DNA from: the human T2T-CHM13v2.0 reference genome, Homo sapiens
Length of the DNA: 64,000 bases
Assembly (NCBI RefSeq): GCF_009914755.1
Contig: NC_060927.1
Direction: 5' to 3' (one strand)
In this document: positions 44,539 through 60,800 of the stretch, one piece after another
How positions within the stretch are numbered: position 1 is the first letter of the stretch
Layout: every line of letters starts with the position of its first letter
Notes under the pieces: generated by a model
Told to the model about the DNA's origin: nothing
Databases searched by the model: none
Seen by the model: only the letters and a program-made list of their open reading frames with translations
Program-made: the position numbers and the translations under genes

Positions 44539-45767
44539 TTAATTCAGCAAACAATGGTATTTCCTGGAGAAGTGGTTATACCATGTTGATTAGTTATACC
44601 TGACATTAGTAAGCTGGGTATTCGGTCTTGTGGTTACAGCAGGAGCATGGCATGGCTTCTGCCTCTGAGAAGTAAAAATCCAGAATCCTAGAGAGAGAAG
44701 CAATTATCATGTTAAACCATATGTTTGCTAATAGAGGCATTTACACAGTACTAAGGATACAAAAGCAGTGATTCACTCTTTAAATGCGTGAGGGAATGGA
44801 TGATAACTTCAGCTGATCTTTGAAGGATGAGTAGATTTATGGGAAGGGTAGAGTGGAACGAAGTGGGGAGGAAGTGTATTCCAGGAGAAGGGATGAACAT
44901 CTGCAAAGGCACAGAGGGGAGAGATCATCTTCTGTATGGATATGGGCCAAAAAATCTTTCCCACTTCATTTATCACATTTGAATAGGGAAGGCAAAACAT
45001 ACATAGATTATGATTTGGGGGACCTCTAGTAAACCTTACTGAACCTATTTATTGACCTGTTTTGGTAAATTAAAAATTCAACTCCCACCACAGTGATGAT
45101 TCCAAAATCTCACCAGGCACCTGAATGAACCACTTGGGGGAGCCATTTTAAAAATTCAGATTTCTAGCACATTAGCTACAGAAATTCTAATTCAGGAAGT
45201 CTAGAGAGGAGTCCCGGGAGGATAATCCTTTAAATTTCCCCCAGTGATTTTGTGCTGCCTCAGCCACATACAGGGTTCAGTTCTTCACAGGAGGGGTTCA
45301 GTTTGAATTGAAATGCTCAGTAGTGAGGCTTCTGTAGGGTGTTGGAGGCAGCCCTCATCCCCTAGTGGTAGGTGCTCCAGAGCCCAGAGAAATTGCATCT
45401 GGGGCCTATTGCCTGTGCATGTACAGGTGAAAGCAAGTTAAAATTAGTAGCCAGAGGCCTTGAGAGGAAGCAGATGTGGTAAAACACTGTAAGAAGATTG
45501 TAGATATAGATCATGTACTTCTGGTCAGTTTAAGGAAGTTGGTCAAATTTCTTGGCCTCAGAATCTTTTCATGTTCACAGATTATTGCAGACCCAAAGAG
45601 CTTTTGTGTATCAATATTTACCATGTTAGAAATCAAATATTTGTTAATACTAAATATTGTTATGTTTAGTACCTAAAGATAAACTTATGTTCCTGGAAGT
45701 AACATGCTTTTATGAAAAATAGGCATATATTTCAAAATAAAGTTATATGAGAATGACATGGTTTTAC

Positions 45768-46064
45768 TTTTTTTTTTTTTTGAGACAGGGTCTTACTTTG
45801 TTACCCTGACTGGAATGCAGTGGTACGATCACGGCTCACTGCAGCCTTGACCTCATGGGCTCAAGTGATCCTCCCACATCAGCCTCCTAAATAGCTGAAC
45901 TACAGGCATGCACCACCATGCCTGGCTAATTTTAGTAATTTTTTGTAGAGATGGCGATTTGCCATGTTGCCCAGGCTGGTCTTGAACTCCCAGGCTCAAG
46001 CTGTCTGCTCGCCTTGGCCTCTCAGGAGTGCTGGGATTACAGGTGTGACTCACTGTGCCTGGCC
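45768..46064 (-). mobile_element. Alu (AluJ-like)
   Basis: Antisense dimer; approximate TSD tggtt(t)tac. Confidence 0.9.
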
Positions 46065-46659
46065 TGGTTTACATTTTTGAAAATTTCTTCAGTGTCTGGT
46101 TTAATAGAGAACATTTGATTTGTTGTAATAGCACATGTTATGTAGGCTCTGGAAAGCTGTAATGTACGTGCATGAGAAAATAAGTGAAAAAAGCAGATAA
46201 TGTCTTAGTATTTATTTTGAAAATGGTTTTGACCTTGCAGATAACCTGACAGAGTCTTGGGGACCTCTCCCAGGAATCCCTGGATCACAATTTGAGGCCC
46301 TCTGACTATGTACTACCTCTTAAGCCACCCTCACACCACCCTGAACTCCCCAACACACACACGCATACATGTGTACACAAGCTTCCTAGGGTATACCTAG
46401 TTACTGCTTAGGCTCTGCAAAATATAGTATCTGAGGCAACCACTACAGTGTTTTATTCTGTGAAATACTCTATTTGAAGCAGGCTTTAAATGAACATAAA
46501 GAAGGCAGCTATGTGTTTGTTGAGTGAATAAATGTTGACTATTTGTACACCATGTACCCCAATATGCTGTTCAATCAGCTTAGACATCTTTATAGCCAGC
46601 CTTTTAGAATCTGTAATTATTTCTGAATAAGTTGATATTTGGAAGCTGGTATTTTCAAT

Positions 46660-46850
46660 CATGGATAGGCTTGAGGGGAATGTAGTGGTTGGTCAAAGGG
46701 TCCAAAGTTTCATTTAGACAGGAGGAATAAGTTTTGTTGATCTATTGCATAGCAAGGTAACTATAGTTAATAATGTATATTCCAGAATTGCTAAAGTAGA
46801 TTTTAAATGTGTTCACCACAGTGAAATAAGTCTGCAAGATGATAGATGTC
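46660..46850 (+). mobile_element. L1MA-like 3'UTR fragment
   Basis: ggtcaaagggtccaaagtttcatttagacaggaggaataagtt...gatctattgcatagc. Confidence 0.6.
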
Positions 46851-47664
46851 ATAGATATGGGACATTTTCTGGGGGCAGCAGTCTTAACCAGTCAGAAGTG
46901 AACAGCAAAATTTGACATGAACTCATTGGTGGCAAAAGCTGACCTGAATAGACATGAGGCTCTTTTCATTTATCCTACCTGATATAATTATTCATGTGCT
47001 TGCTACAGAAATGTAATATGCTTGATTATGGAGTGCTGTCCTACATTTTGCCTGGTCTGCATATTAGGAGTGTTTCTTAGTAAACTGCATATGTTCAGAT
47101 TCCAAAGCACATATCTGTCTTAGGACTTTGGATAAGAGATTGAGGACAGTTACAGCTAAGTCAGGATTAAATATGCTAATAGACACATAGAATGTCTGGA
47201 ACAGTACCTGGCACATAGTACAATAGTTTCCCCAAGTAAGCATAAAAACTATTGAATAGAAAAGAATACTAACATTTCCATATAAATGAAAGATTGATTT
47301 TTATTTTTTACTCTTGATTTGGGCAATGGAAAAAAATGGCAAGCTGCTGCTTCTCTAATTTGTATTGGGGAAAATAGTAACATTGGTGGAGGGAATAGTT
47401 CATTAGTTTTGTGGATCTTTCTTGTTATTAGGAAAGTTGTGGGAATTGAAGGCTCTTAGAATTAGTCATTCCATCAGTTGCTACTGAGCACCTGCTGTGT
47501 GCCTGGCAGTACCGGATATTACAGATACATCAGTAGGTATGCCAAGCCCTTGTCTTTCAGTCACTCACTGTCTAGTGGGAGAGAGAAAGTTGAACCAGCT
47601 GTCATGCCAAATATTCAGTTTTGAAAGTATCAGCTTGGTAATGCCCTCTAAATAGAGGATAAGA

Positions 47665-47895
47665 CAGGATTGCCACATAAAATACACGGCTCCCAGTTAA
47701 ATTTGAGTTTCAGGTAAACAATGAATAACACTTTAGTGTATATCCCAAATACTGCATGGGATATACTTGTACTAAATGCAGTATTTGTCATGTGCAATAT
47801 TTGGGACATGCTTGGAACTAAAACATTATTGTTTATTTGAAAATCACATTTAACTGGACGTGCTGCGTTTTTATTTGCTAAATCTAGCAACTGTA
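47665..47895. mobile_element. MER53-like palindromic hAT MITE
   Basis: Inverted arms: caggattgcca...cccagttaaatttga versus tcacatttaactgg...ctagcaactg. Confidence 0.7.
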
Positions 47896-49244
47896 CTTAC
47901 AATCCTGGGCTATTCTTGACAAGCTCTGAGGAGGAAATAGATGTTGCACTGGCGTTGGGTAATTGAAGAGTCTTTTTCAAAAGACAAATTACAAAGGTAT
48001 GGAAAACCAGCTGGAGGTGATGGCCCACTCACTGACTGCCCCTAATCCCAGCGGGACAAGAAGGGGAGAGAGGTAGGGAGGCTACCTGACAGGAGCTGCA
48101 ACCTTCCCGGTGTGGGGCGTGGCCAGCCAGCAGAGACTCATGGAGGAAAATTGGCAAAAACAAAACTTCACTCTGCTCCCTCCCAGCCTCACTGTGCTCC
48201 TATGCTCCAGTCTCCTGGGAGCACCTCCTCCCCACCTAGAAGTCGGAGGGCAGAGGAGCCAGCCTTGTTGATGCCCTCCACACAGGCAGCCTGGTGAGCA
48301 CACGGAGAGTGGGCACATGGGAAACAGCCAGCACCGTGCTGGTGTATGTGCCTGTGTCAGAACGCCTCGTTTATGACAGTGACAGACCAGGAGGAGAGAA
48401 GAGGGTTGGAGGAGGAGAGAAGGGGAAGAAAGAAAAGGAGAAAACGATAGTCTGAAATTTGAAGATCAAGATAAAAAAGTAAATTGGCACTACCAGTGAT
48501 TCTAACCAAAAGTAATTTTGCTTCTGGTAGATGCTGCTTTTTTTCCTCTTTGGAATAACCACAATTTCTTGCATCAACTTAATAGATAGAATCAGGGCAT
48601 GTGGTCCCCTATATTGTGCCTCTCATCTGATTCTTCCTACAGAGCCTGTATTTGCATGGCCCTGGGAATTAGCACTTTCTTAAAGTTAGTGCCTCACTCA
48701 CTCATCCTGCCCAGGCCCGGGCTCTGAGGGTGGGATTAGCGAACCTTCATCCTCCATCATATGGGGAGGGTATAGTCCCAAATGAGCCCTAGTCCTAGGG
48801 CACCACCCTGCCTCACCAGATTATTTTCTCCCATTTGTGCAAGGCACAACCTGTAGTCCTTGAACAAATCTTCCAACCAGAGAGCTTTTATTTTGCCAGT
48901 ATTAATATCATGATACTCATGAGCTAGCTGGTGAAGGGTGAGATGACCAGGATCTTTGAGCTGCTGAGCTACGTCTGTAGTGTGGAGTTCTTCATTGGGG
49001 CTCTTCAAATAAATGCCAACTAATAACCTGGAGCTTGGGTTCCTGAATAGATGGGGTACTTCAGATGTTCACCAGATGCACAACAAGGTGTAGATGAAAA
49101 TTAATCCACACACAGTTGTCATAGCCCTTTTTTCGTGAAGTGTTGAGAAGTACCTTACAGACTGGCCCTGCGAGTTAGTCTCTGTTCTTGTCTGTGATTG
49201 GCACCATGGAATGATTTCTGTCCTTTCTCCTGTCGCCATTACAG

Positions 49245-49326
49245 TTTCCCAGGCAAGGCTTGCAGCAGACCCAGCAGCAGCAGCAGACGGCCGCCTTGGT
49301 GCGGCAGCTCCAGAAGCAGCTTTCCA
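49245..49326 (+). CDS. MED12L: MED12L penultimate exon (82 nt; [27 protein letters not shown])
   Basis: ttacag| ... |gtaagt, phase 0-1; conserved MED12-family AALVRQLQ motif. Confidence 0.94.
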
Positions 49327-49709
49327 GTAAGTACCCCTGTGTGTCATGGAACAGACAGCTCCCGGAAAATTAAAAATAAGCCAGCGAAACGTAAAGTGGC
49401 GGCTCTCCCAAGATGGTACCATCTTCCTCAGTACAATGTTCATGTTATTTGGTTTAGCCCAAGGTATTTTCATTCTGTCTTCGTTTGGTTTTGGCTTGAA
49501 TGCTTCCTTTCCTGGGAAAGCCCCAATTTTTCTCAAATTCAGTGAAGATACTTTCTTTTTGCTTCCACCAGAATCTAGAAATATTTCTTCTCATTGGGGG
49601 GACTCCTATGGAATCAAAGGTGTCCTTTGTTTAAAGCTGGAGAGTTCAGGGAGCATCAGCTAATGCCCTTAATTATACAGATGAATAAAGTTAGCTGGCC
49701 TCCCGAAGA

Positions 49710-49740
<31 letters not shown>

Positions 49741-49965
49741 CTTTTTTAATTATTATTATTATTATACTTTAAGTTTTAGGGTACATGTGCACATTGTGCA
49801 GGTTAGTTACATATGTATACATGTGCCATGCTGGTGCGCTGCACCCACTAACGTGTCATCTAGCATTAGGTATATCTCCCAATGCTATCCCTCCCCACTC
49901 CCCCGACCCCACCACAGTCCCCAGAGTGTGATATTCCCCTTCCTGTGTCCATGTGATCTCATTGT

Positions 49966-53820
<3,855 letters not shown>

Positions 53821-53856
53821 TTAGTTGATGCAGTTTCTTCCTAGTCTCGATGGTCT

Positions 53857-54873
53857 TTACATTTTGGCATGATTTTGCAGCGGCTGGTACCAGTTGTTCC
53901 TTTCCATGTTTAGCACTTCCTTCAGGAGCTCTTTTAGGGCAGGCCTGGTGGTGACAAAATCTCTCAGCATTTGCTTGTCTATAAAGTATTTTATTTCTCC
54001 TTCACTTATGAAGCTTAGTTTGGCTGGATATGAAATTCTGGGTTGAAAATTCTTTTCTTTAAGAATGTTGAATATTGGCCCCCACTCTCTTCTGGCTTGT
54101 AGGGTTTCTGCCGAGAGATCCGCTGTTAGTCTGATGGGCTTTCCTTTGAGGGTAACCCGACCTTTCTCTCTGGCTGCCCTTAATATTTTTTCCTTCATTT
54201 CAACTTTGGTGAATCTGACAATTATGTGTCTTGGAGTTGCTCTTCTTGAGGAGAATCTTTGTGGCGTTCTCTGTATTTCCTGAATCTGAACGTTGGCCTG
54301 CCTTGCTAGATTGGGGAAGTTCTCCTGGATAATATCCTGCAGAGTGTTTTCCAACTTGGTTCCATTCTCCACATCACTTTCAGGTACACCAATCAGACGT
54401 AGATTTGGTCTTTTCACATAGTCCCATATTTCTTGGAGGCTTTGCTCATTTCTTTTTATTCTTTTTTCTCTAAACTTCCCTTCTCGCTTCATTTCATTCA
54501 TTTCATCTTCCATTGCTGATACCCTTTCTTCCAGTTGATCGCATCGGCTCCTGAGGCTTCTGCATTCTTCACGTAGTTCTCGAGCCTTGGTTTTCAGCTC
54601 CATCAGCTCCTTTAAGCACTTCTCTGTATTGGTTATTCTAGTTATACATTCTTCTAAATTTTTTTCAAAGTTTTCAACTTCTTTGCCTTTGGTTTGAATG
54701 TCCTCCCGTAGCTCAGAGTAATTTGATCGTCTGAAGCCTTCTTCTCTCAGCTCGTCAAAATCATTCTCCATCCAGCTTTGTTCCGTTGCTGGTGAGGAAC
54801 TGCGTTCCTTTGGAGGAGGAGAGGCGCTCTGCGTTTTAGAGTTTCCAGTTTTTCTGTTCTGTTTTTTCCCCAT
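53857..54873 (-). CDS. L1 ORF1p (RNA-binding chaperone), intact, 338 aa
   Basis: Coiled coil, RRM and CTD; REKG, RR261-262 and YPAKLS intact. Confidence 0.97.
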   Translation of the reverse strand: MGKKQNRKTGNSKTQSASPPPKERSSSPATEQSWMENDFDELREEGFRRSNYSELREDIQTKGKEVENFEKNLEECITRITNTEKCLKELMELKTKARELREECRSLRSRCDQLEERVSAMEDEMNEMKREGKFREKRIKRNEQSLQEIWDYVKRPNLRLIGVPESDVENGTKLENTLQDIIQENFPNLARQANVQIQEIQRTPQRFSSRRATPRHIIVRFTKVEMKEKILRAAREKGRVTLKGKPIRLTADLSAETLQARREWGPIFNILKEKNFQPRISYPAKLSFISEGEIKYFIDKQMLRDFVTTRPALKELLKEVLNMERNNWYQPLQNHAKM

Positions 54874-55776
54874 CTTTGTGGTTTTATCTACTTTTGGTCT
54901 TTGATGATGGTGATGTACAGATGGGTTTTCGGTGTAGATGTCCTTTCTGGTTGTTAGTTTTCCTTCTAACAGACAGGACCCTCAGCTGCAGGTCTGTTGG
55001 AATACCCTGCCGTGTGAGGTGTCAGTGTGCCCCTGCTGGGGGGTGCCTCCCAGTTAGGCTGCTCGGGGGTCAGGGGTCAGGGACCCACTTGAGGAGGCAG
55101 TCTGCCCGTTCTCAGATCTCCAGCTGCGTGCTGGGAGAACCACTGCTCTCTTCAAAGCTGTCAGACAGGGACACTTAAGTCTGCAGAGGTTACTGCTGTC
55201 TTTTTGTTTGTCTGTGCCCTGCCCCCAGAGGTGGAGCCTACAGAGGCAGGCAGGCCTCCTTGAGCTGTGGTGGGCTCCACCCAGTTCGAGCTTCCCGGCT
55301 GCTTTGTTTACCTAAGCAAGCCTGGGCAATGGCAGGCGCCCCTCCCCCAGCCTCGTTGCCGCCTTGCAGTTTGATCTCAGACTGCTGTGCTAGCAATCAG
55401 CGAGATTCCGTGGGCGTAGGACCCTCTGAGCCAGGTGTGGGATATAGTCTCGTGGTGCGCCGTTTTTTAAGCCGGTCTGAAAAGCGCAATATTCGGGTGG
55501 GAGTGACCCGATTTTCCAGGTGCGTCCGTCACCCCTTTCTTTGACTCGGAAAGGGAACTCCCTGACCCCTTGCGCTTCCCAGGTGAGGCAATGCCTCGCC
55601 CTGCTTCGGCTCGCGCACGGTGCGCGCACACACTGGCCTGCGCCCACTGTCTGGCACTCCCTAGTGAGATGAACCCGGTACCTCAGATGGAAATGGAGAA
55701 ATCACCGGTCTTCTGCGTCGCTCACGCTGGGAGCTGTAGACTGGAGCTGTTCCTATTCGGCCATCTTGGCTCCTCC
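54874..55776 (-). promoter_or_regulatory. L1 5'UTR: internal sense promoter, antisense promoter and CpG island
   Basis: YY1 site CAAGATGGC intact at 55760-55768; CpG-rich at 55390-55770. Confidence 0.9.
55329..55544 (+). CDS. L1 ORF0 (antisense 71-aa ORF), intact
   Basis: MAGAPPPASLPPCSLISDCC...RCVRHPFL*; strong Kozak context GCAATGG; internal donors after 55434 and 55519. Confidence 0.88.
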   Translation: MAGAPPPASLPPCSLISDCCASNQRDSVGVGPSEPGVGYSLVVRRFLSRSEKRNIRVGVTRFSRCVRHPFL

Positions 55777-56789
55777 AATCCCCGAAGATCTTCAGATACA
55801 GGGAGGCCAGCACTAAACTGTCAGACTGTGAATGTTCTTACCACTGCACCATCCTACCCTTCTGATAGTGACTCATAAATCAAAACCTATAACATCATAC
55901 ACAGCATGATCGAGACAGTGTTTTCTCCCTAGTAATCTTGCCTGTAGTGCTGGTGTGGTGTTTTTGTTTTGTTTTGTTTTGTTTAATGTGCTGCCTTTCT
56001 AGAGAATTTACCAATAGCCCATTTCATCATACCTCATCTCAATGCCAGCAGTGTGCTCCCATGAATTGAATCACCCCTGGGCGGGTGTCATAGGACGGAA
56101 AATCCTTTTAGAAATGGGAGCAAGCTCCCTGTGATGCAAAGAATATTAGCCTGGAAGTCAGAAGACGTAAATTTTGGTGTCAGCTTGGCTGCCATTATCT
56201 GGATTGTGTAGTTTTTCCATCCGTGCAATGAGTGAGACTAGCAGTTTCTTCTTGGTCTTGGATTATGTACTTGTGAGGTACCAGAGGGAAGACTAGTTTG
56301 TGGTGAAGGCAGTGGTGCAGGTCTGGTAGCCTGCTGAGACATAAGGAAACAGGTCATGTAATTACTGAGGGGCAGCTTGGTTTTAGTCTTAATTTTCTGC
56401 CTGGCTGCTGTGTGAGTTGATTTTCTGACAGAGGGATATCCCTCTTACACCTTAGTGTCTGTCTCTACCAGTGGATACCCAAAATTTTTTTTCTTCTTTA
56501 AAAATATTTTCCTCTTATGGCCTCATTTAATGTCAGTTAAATCAAGTAAATCTTCATTTCTAGCTACTGTTTACTGTTTAATAGATCTGGTCTATTAAAA
56601 CACATTTGTAATTAAAATCTCATTATGTTTCACTAATTCCAGAATCCTTATTCTTATAGAAAATACAATCTTAAGGCAGATTTTTTCTTCTAGTGTTTAG
56701 AAATAGGTAACTATGATTTTTATAAAGTGGCATCTGTTTGGGGAAAGATATCTACTCTTAGTTCCTGTCTACCAGAGCTCAGCTTTTTG

Positions 56790-57030
56790 TTAAAGCCATC
56801 ATTTATGGAGGACTCTCTAGGACCCAGGCACTAGGACTTTCCATGTATTGATTTACTTTATTTTTAACCCACCCTGTGAGATTATGTATTATTACTGTTC
56901 CCACATTACAGATGAGGAAGCAACTGAAGAACGGGAACATTGACTAATTTGCCCAAGGTTTTTCAGCTAATAGAGCTGAGGCTTGAGCTCAGAAGCATTC
57001 CTTCCAGAGCCCACCTCCTAACCACAGTAT
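56790..57030 (+). mobile_element. MIR SINE
   Basis: cccacattacagatgaggaagcaactgaa...ttgcccaagg...ttaaccac. Confidence 0.65.
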
Positions 57031-57776
57031 ATACTCAGCTGCCTGATAAGCAGTTATGCCACACTCCATTGTTGAAGGGTGGTGACTAAACTGAGCTGCT
57101 CACCACACAACTCCAGAGGGCTCCTTTGATAGCATGGCCCATGTGAATGGGGCCTCCGGATTTGAATACTCCAGAGTTAAACAAGCAGTAGCTGTTTCTA
57201 AGCCCATGTCATTTTTTGGTATCTACTGACCATTCCTTGTTTCTGTATGCATGTGCAGGCATGCATGTCTACATAGGCACACGCTTGAGTCATCACACAC
57301 GGACAGTCTTGCACCTGCATATACTCTTGCACAGTTCTGTTGTACATACCTTATGGCTATTTGCAGAAAATTGCCCAGTTCCAATCTAATTTTTTCTTAC
57401 CAATTATGTGTTAAAGTAGAATTGCTGACTTTCATAAGCATTTTGAGAACTTTCAATGTTTTATGAAACTTTTACTGTATTCCTTTTGAAAGTTAATACC
57501 AAGTAGTTTAGTTCAGAGGGAGACACTCTGGATGGGCCAGTAACCTAAATCCTGCGGCCTTGCATTGGCAAGTGTGGACTGTGAATAAAGGTGTCCCCTC
57601 TGCAGGGTGGTACTTGAATCCCACCACAAGGGTTTTTCAGGGCAAGGATAGTACTCTCCGGCCATTCTGTTTCCCTGTACCTGCAGCTGGTACTGAGAGC
57701 AGTGACAAGAGGGTAGCATCCATCTGTGCAATAGTTTTGTGTCTGTAATTTTGGTTCAATTTATTTTTCTCCTTAG

Positions 57777-57829
57777 GCAACCAGCCACAGCAAGGAGTGA
57801 CTCCGTATGGGCATCCTTCACACTTCTGA
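57777..57829 (+). CDS. MED12L: MED12L terminal coding exon (S|NQPQQGVTPYGHPSHF*)
   Basis: ctccttag|, phase 1; TGA at 57827-57829 closes the 13-exon frame (1,953 nt, divisible by 3). Confidence 0.93.
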
Positions 57830-60800
57830 ATCTGCAAGAGGAGAAGACATGACGTTTTATGTTTGCACTGAAAAACAGAAAATCAAATTTAATGCATTAG
57901 TCATCTTAAAAATGTCCCTTTTTTTCATTTCTTTGACATTTTACTATATTTTATGCTACATCTCACAAAAAAAAAAAAGGTGTTTAAACAAAAAGCCAAG
58001 GAGAAGTTGTGGTTTGATTTTGTTGAATTCACCTTTAAAGTAGGTTTACAAATGTGAATCATGCAGGCAGGCCTACTCCCGGAAGAGTGTGCTAGCAGAC
58101 CTTTTGAAATTGGTGCTTTTTTTGAATCTCACATTTCTAGAAAGAATGGATTATGATGGATCTAAGGTATTTATGTATTTCATTCATTAATGATGACGTT
58201 GTTGTTTTTTTTTTAATTTTATTTTCCAAACTGTGCTGGACCAAACTACTGATTTGAAAGGCATGTCAGATCTTGACAGAAACATGGCCTGTTTATTCTG
58301 CATTCACCTGTGATGGTGAAACGGACATTTATTTGCATCGCTCTAATTTGAAATGTTTGTAATCTCATAAGCACTTTATAAACTTTGTTCTTATTTATGT
58401 AGGACTCTTCTTTGCTTTTGTTGTGGTCAAAAGGTGCTGAAACAGATTGTTGCTTAGTACTTAAACTTCTTAAACCAAGAACCTAAACCAAGGTTTCTTT
58501 GAGAGCCGCCCTAAGATGTGCGGAAACCTGTTAGAAGTAGCTGTACTCAAATTTGTTTTGAGGCAAGATCATTGATGAGAGTCATTGTGAAGGTACAACA
58601 TGTAAATCCTAAAGGCCTGAAAGAACTGCAGTGGAATCGTCCAACTATTTATTGCCAGTTTTGGTTCTCCTGAACCTTATGCCACCTTAAGGGGAAAAAA
58701 AAATCCAGTAGCTGGCTTGAGATTCCAGTGCTCACACTTGACATGGTTTCCAGAGAATCTGGCCCCAAAGTCCAGAAGGCTCTGGTTTTCATAAAAGGTG
58801 TATTTGCTGTTTATTTTGTATGGTAAGTATTTGCTCTTTTGAATTTAATTATTACTGTCAGTGTCAGTCTTGGTTGTGTATTGCATATACTGTATTTATA
58901 AATTGGTGCAAAAAGCACAAGTAAATTATACATCAAATTTATTATAAAGAAATAGTAACTATTTTAACTTTGTTCAAGTATGTGGTAATTTGCTCCTATT
59001 AGAGTAAAAAAGAAACCAGTAAATTATCAGTTTGTGTAACTTAAGAGTATTCTATATAATATTTTTTTAGATTTAGATGCATAAAATTTTGAATGTGAAA
59101 ATTGCAGGGCATTTTAAAACATATGTGGGGGATATTTTCCCATGTTCTCTGTTATTTCATTTTCTTTTGCCATATGATTTTACATATAATATAGTCAAGC
59201 ATACTGTGAATAGACTTGTCTATAATGAGCAGACCATGTAAATCTACTTTTTTTAAAATGTAGCTAGTACAACTTTAGTAGACATTTTCTTTTGCAAATC
59301 ATTATCTATAAATAATTTATATCTTCCTGGGTGAGTTACTCATTGCAAAGTTTGACTCATGCAAATGACCTCAAATACATGTCAGCTTACTTTGCTGTGG
59401 CAACATCCATGTGAACTGCTTTGTACACTGTGAAAATATTTCACTCCAGCCTGCCCATTTTGTGTTTACTCTGGGCTGGAAAAGACTTTGCCAAAACATT
59501 AAAAACTATTCTTTTCACTAAATTAATAGTCTATCTGCTTTCAGAAGATGTATCTATCTGTACACATTTTTGCTGGTTTTGTATATCAGATTTTTTCCTC
59601 TCAAGAAACATACTTAGATAAGCTAATGAAGTTGTTTTCTTCAAAGTAATATATCTATATAATGACTGCATTGGCAAATCAACCGAAATGTGAATGTTGT
59701 GCCTAGTGAGTGAGTCATGTTCCATCATTATTTCTTTCCAAATTTCTTTGCCAGTTCAGTTTGAACCATATATTTTGTAGCTCAGCATTGCAAACAACAG
59801 TAATACTGTTTTAAGAATGAGTGTTATAATTGCATAGCATTTGTATGCACTTTATACTTTGCAGAGGTGAGTTAAATTATTAATCATTTTGCACATGAAA
59901 GCTGTGGGGCATATCTTTTTTCTTTTTTTAGGTGAGGAAGTTATGCTACGACTCTAATTAATTCCACGATTCTATTGAAAGTTGAGGAATGCTGTTTTAC
60001 CCCTGCGCATTATAAAGAAAATAACTAGAATTACTTTAGTCTTCAGATTTTCTCCCTGTTAATTCTGTATCTTGAGAGGTTTCTTTTTTTTTTTTTTTTT
60101 TTCTTTTCTTGCAAATGCATTCTTTTGCATTAAGATGGTCACAAGGTAAAGCCCTGTGGCAGAACCTGGTACTTTACCTTACCAGAGGAAATTACCTTAG
60201 AATAAGATGGAGCGAGACCCCAGCTCCCCTTAAAGACAAGACCTTGAAATCAAATGGAGTCAGCTATACCTATCAATCACAGTTCTTGGATATAAGAAGC
60301 CCATAGACTCTCTTGTTTACACTGTAGGCTTTTTCTTAATAGGGTTGCATTTGTCAGTCATTGCATTTACCCTTCTTGGCCTGGAAGTAGAGGAGATCAA
60401 TGCGTAGCTTTGACCACTTCCAGCCACAGGGTACTAACATCAGACATAAGTTGCAACCAGGTCACATTTTAGGCTGAGATGGGGCTAACTGAAAGTCAGT
60501 GTGATGAAAACCCAAGGGCGCTATTCCACATGTCTCAAATGATTGGCAGGGGCTAACTTATTAGTAATTCTCGGTTTTGTGCACTGAGATATCTAAGACC
60601 TATGGCATTTTTTTCCCATTTATAAAGCTCCTATAATTCTTAAGTAAGTAAGTACTAGGTGAATGTTTGAATAGATGCTGGAGAAATTACACTGGAAAAC
60701 CCCACCCCTAGATTTAGATAAGATCAATCATTTAATATTCCCCAAATTAATTCAGGTTGAATTAAGCATGTAATATAAATTCAGTGAATTACAAAAACAC

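Noticed and set aside
49069-49663. 155-, 115- and 105-aa ORFs around the penultimate MED12L exon
   Set aside because: Off-frame or antisense readings of a GC-rich exon and its flank
49852-49854. Calling the L1 a Ta-subfamily element
   Set aside because: The diagnostic bases are ACG and A, not ACA and G
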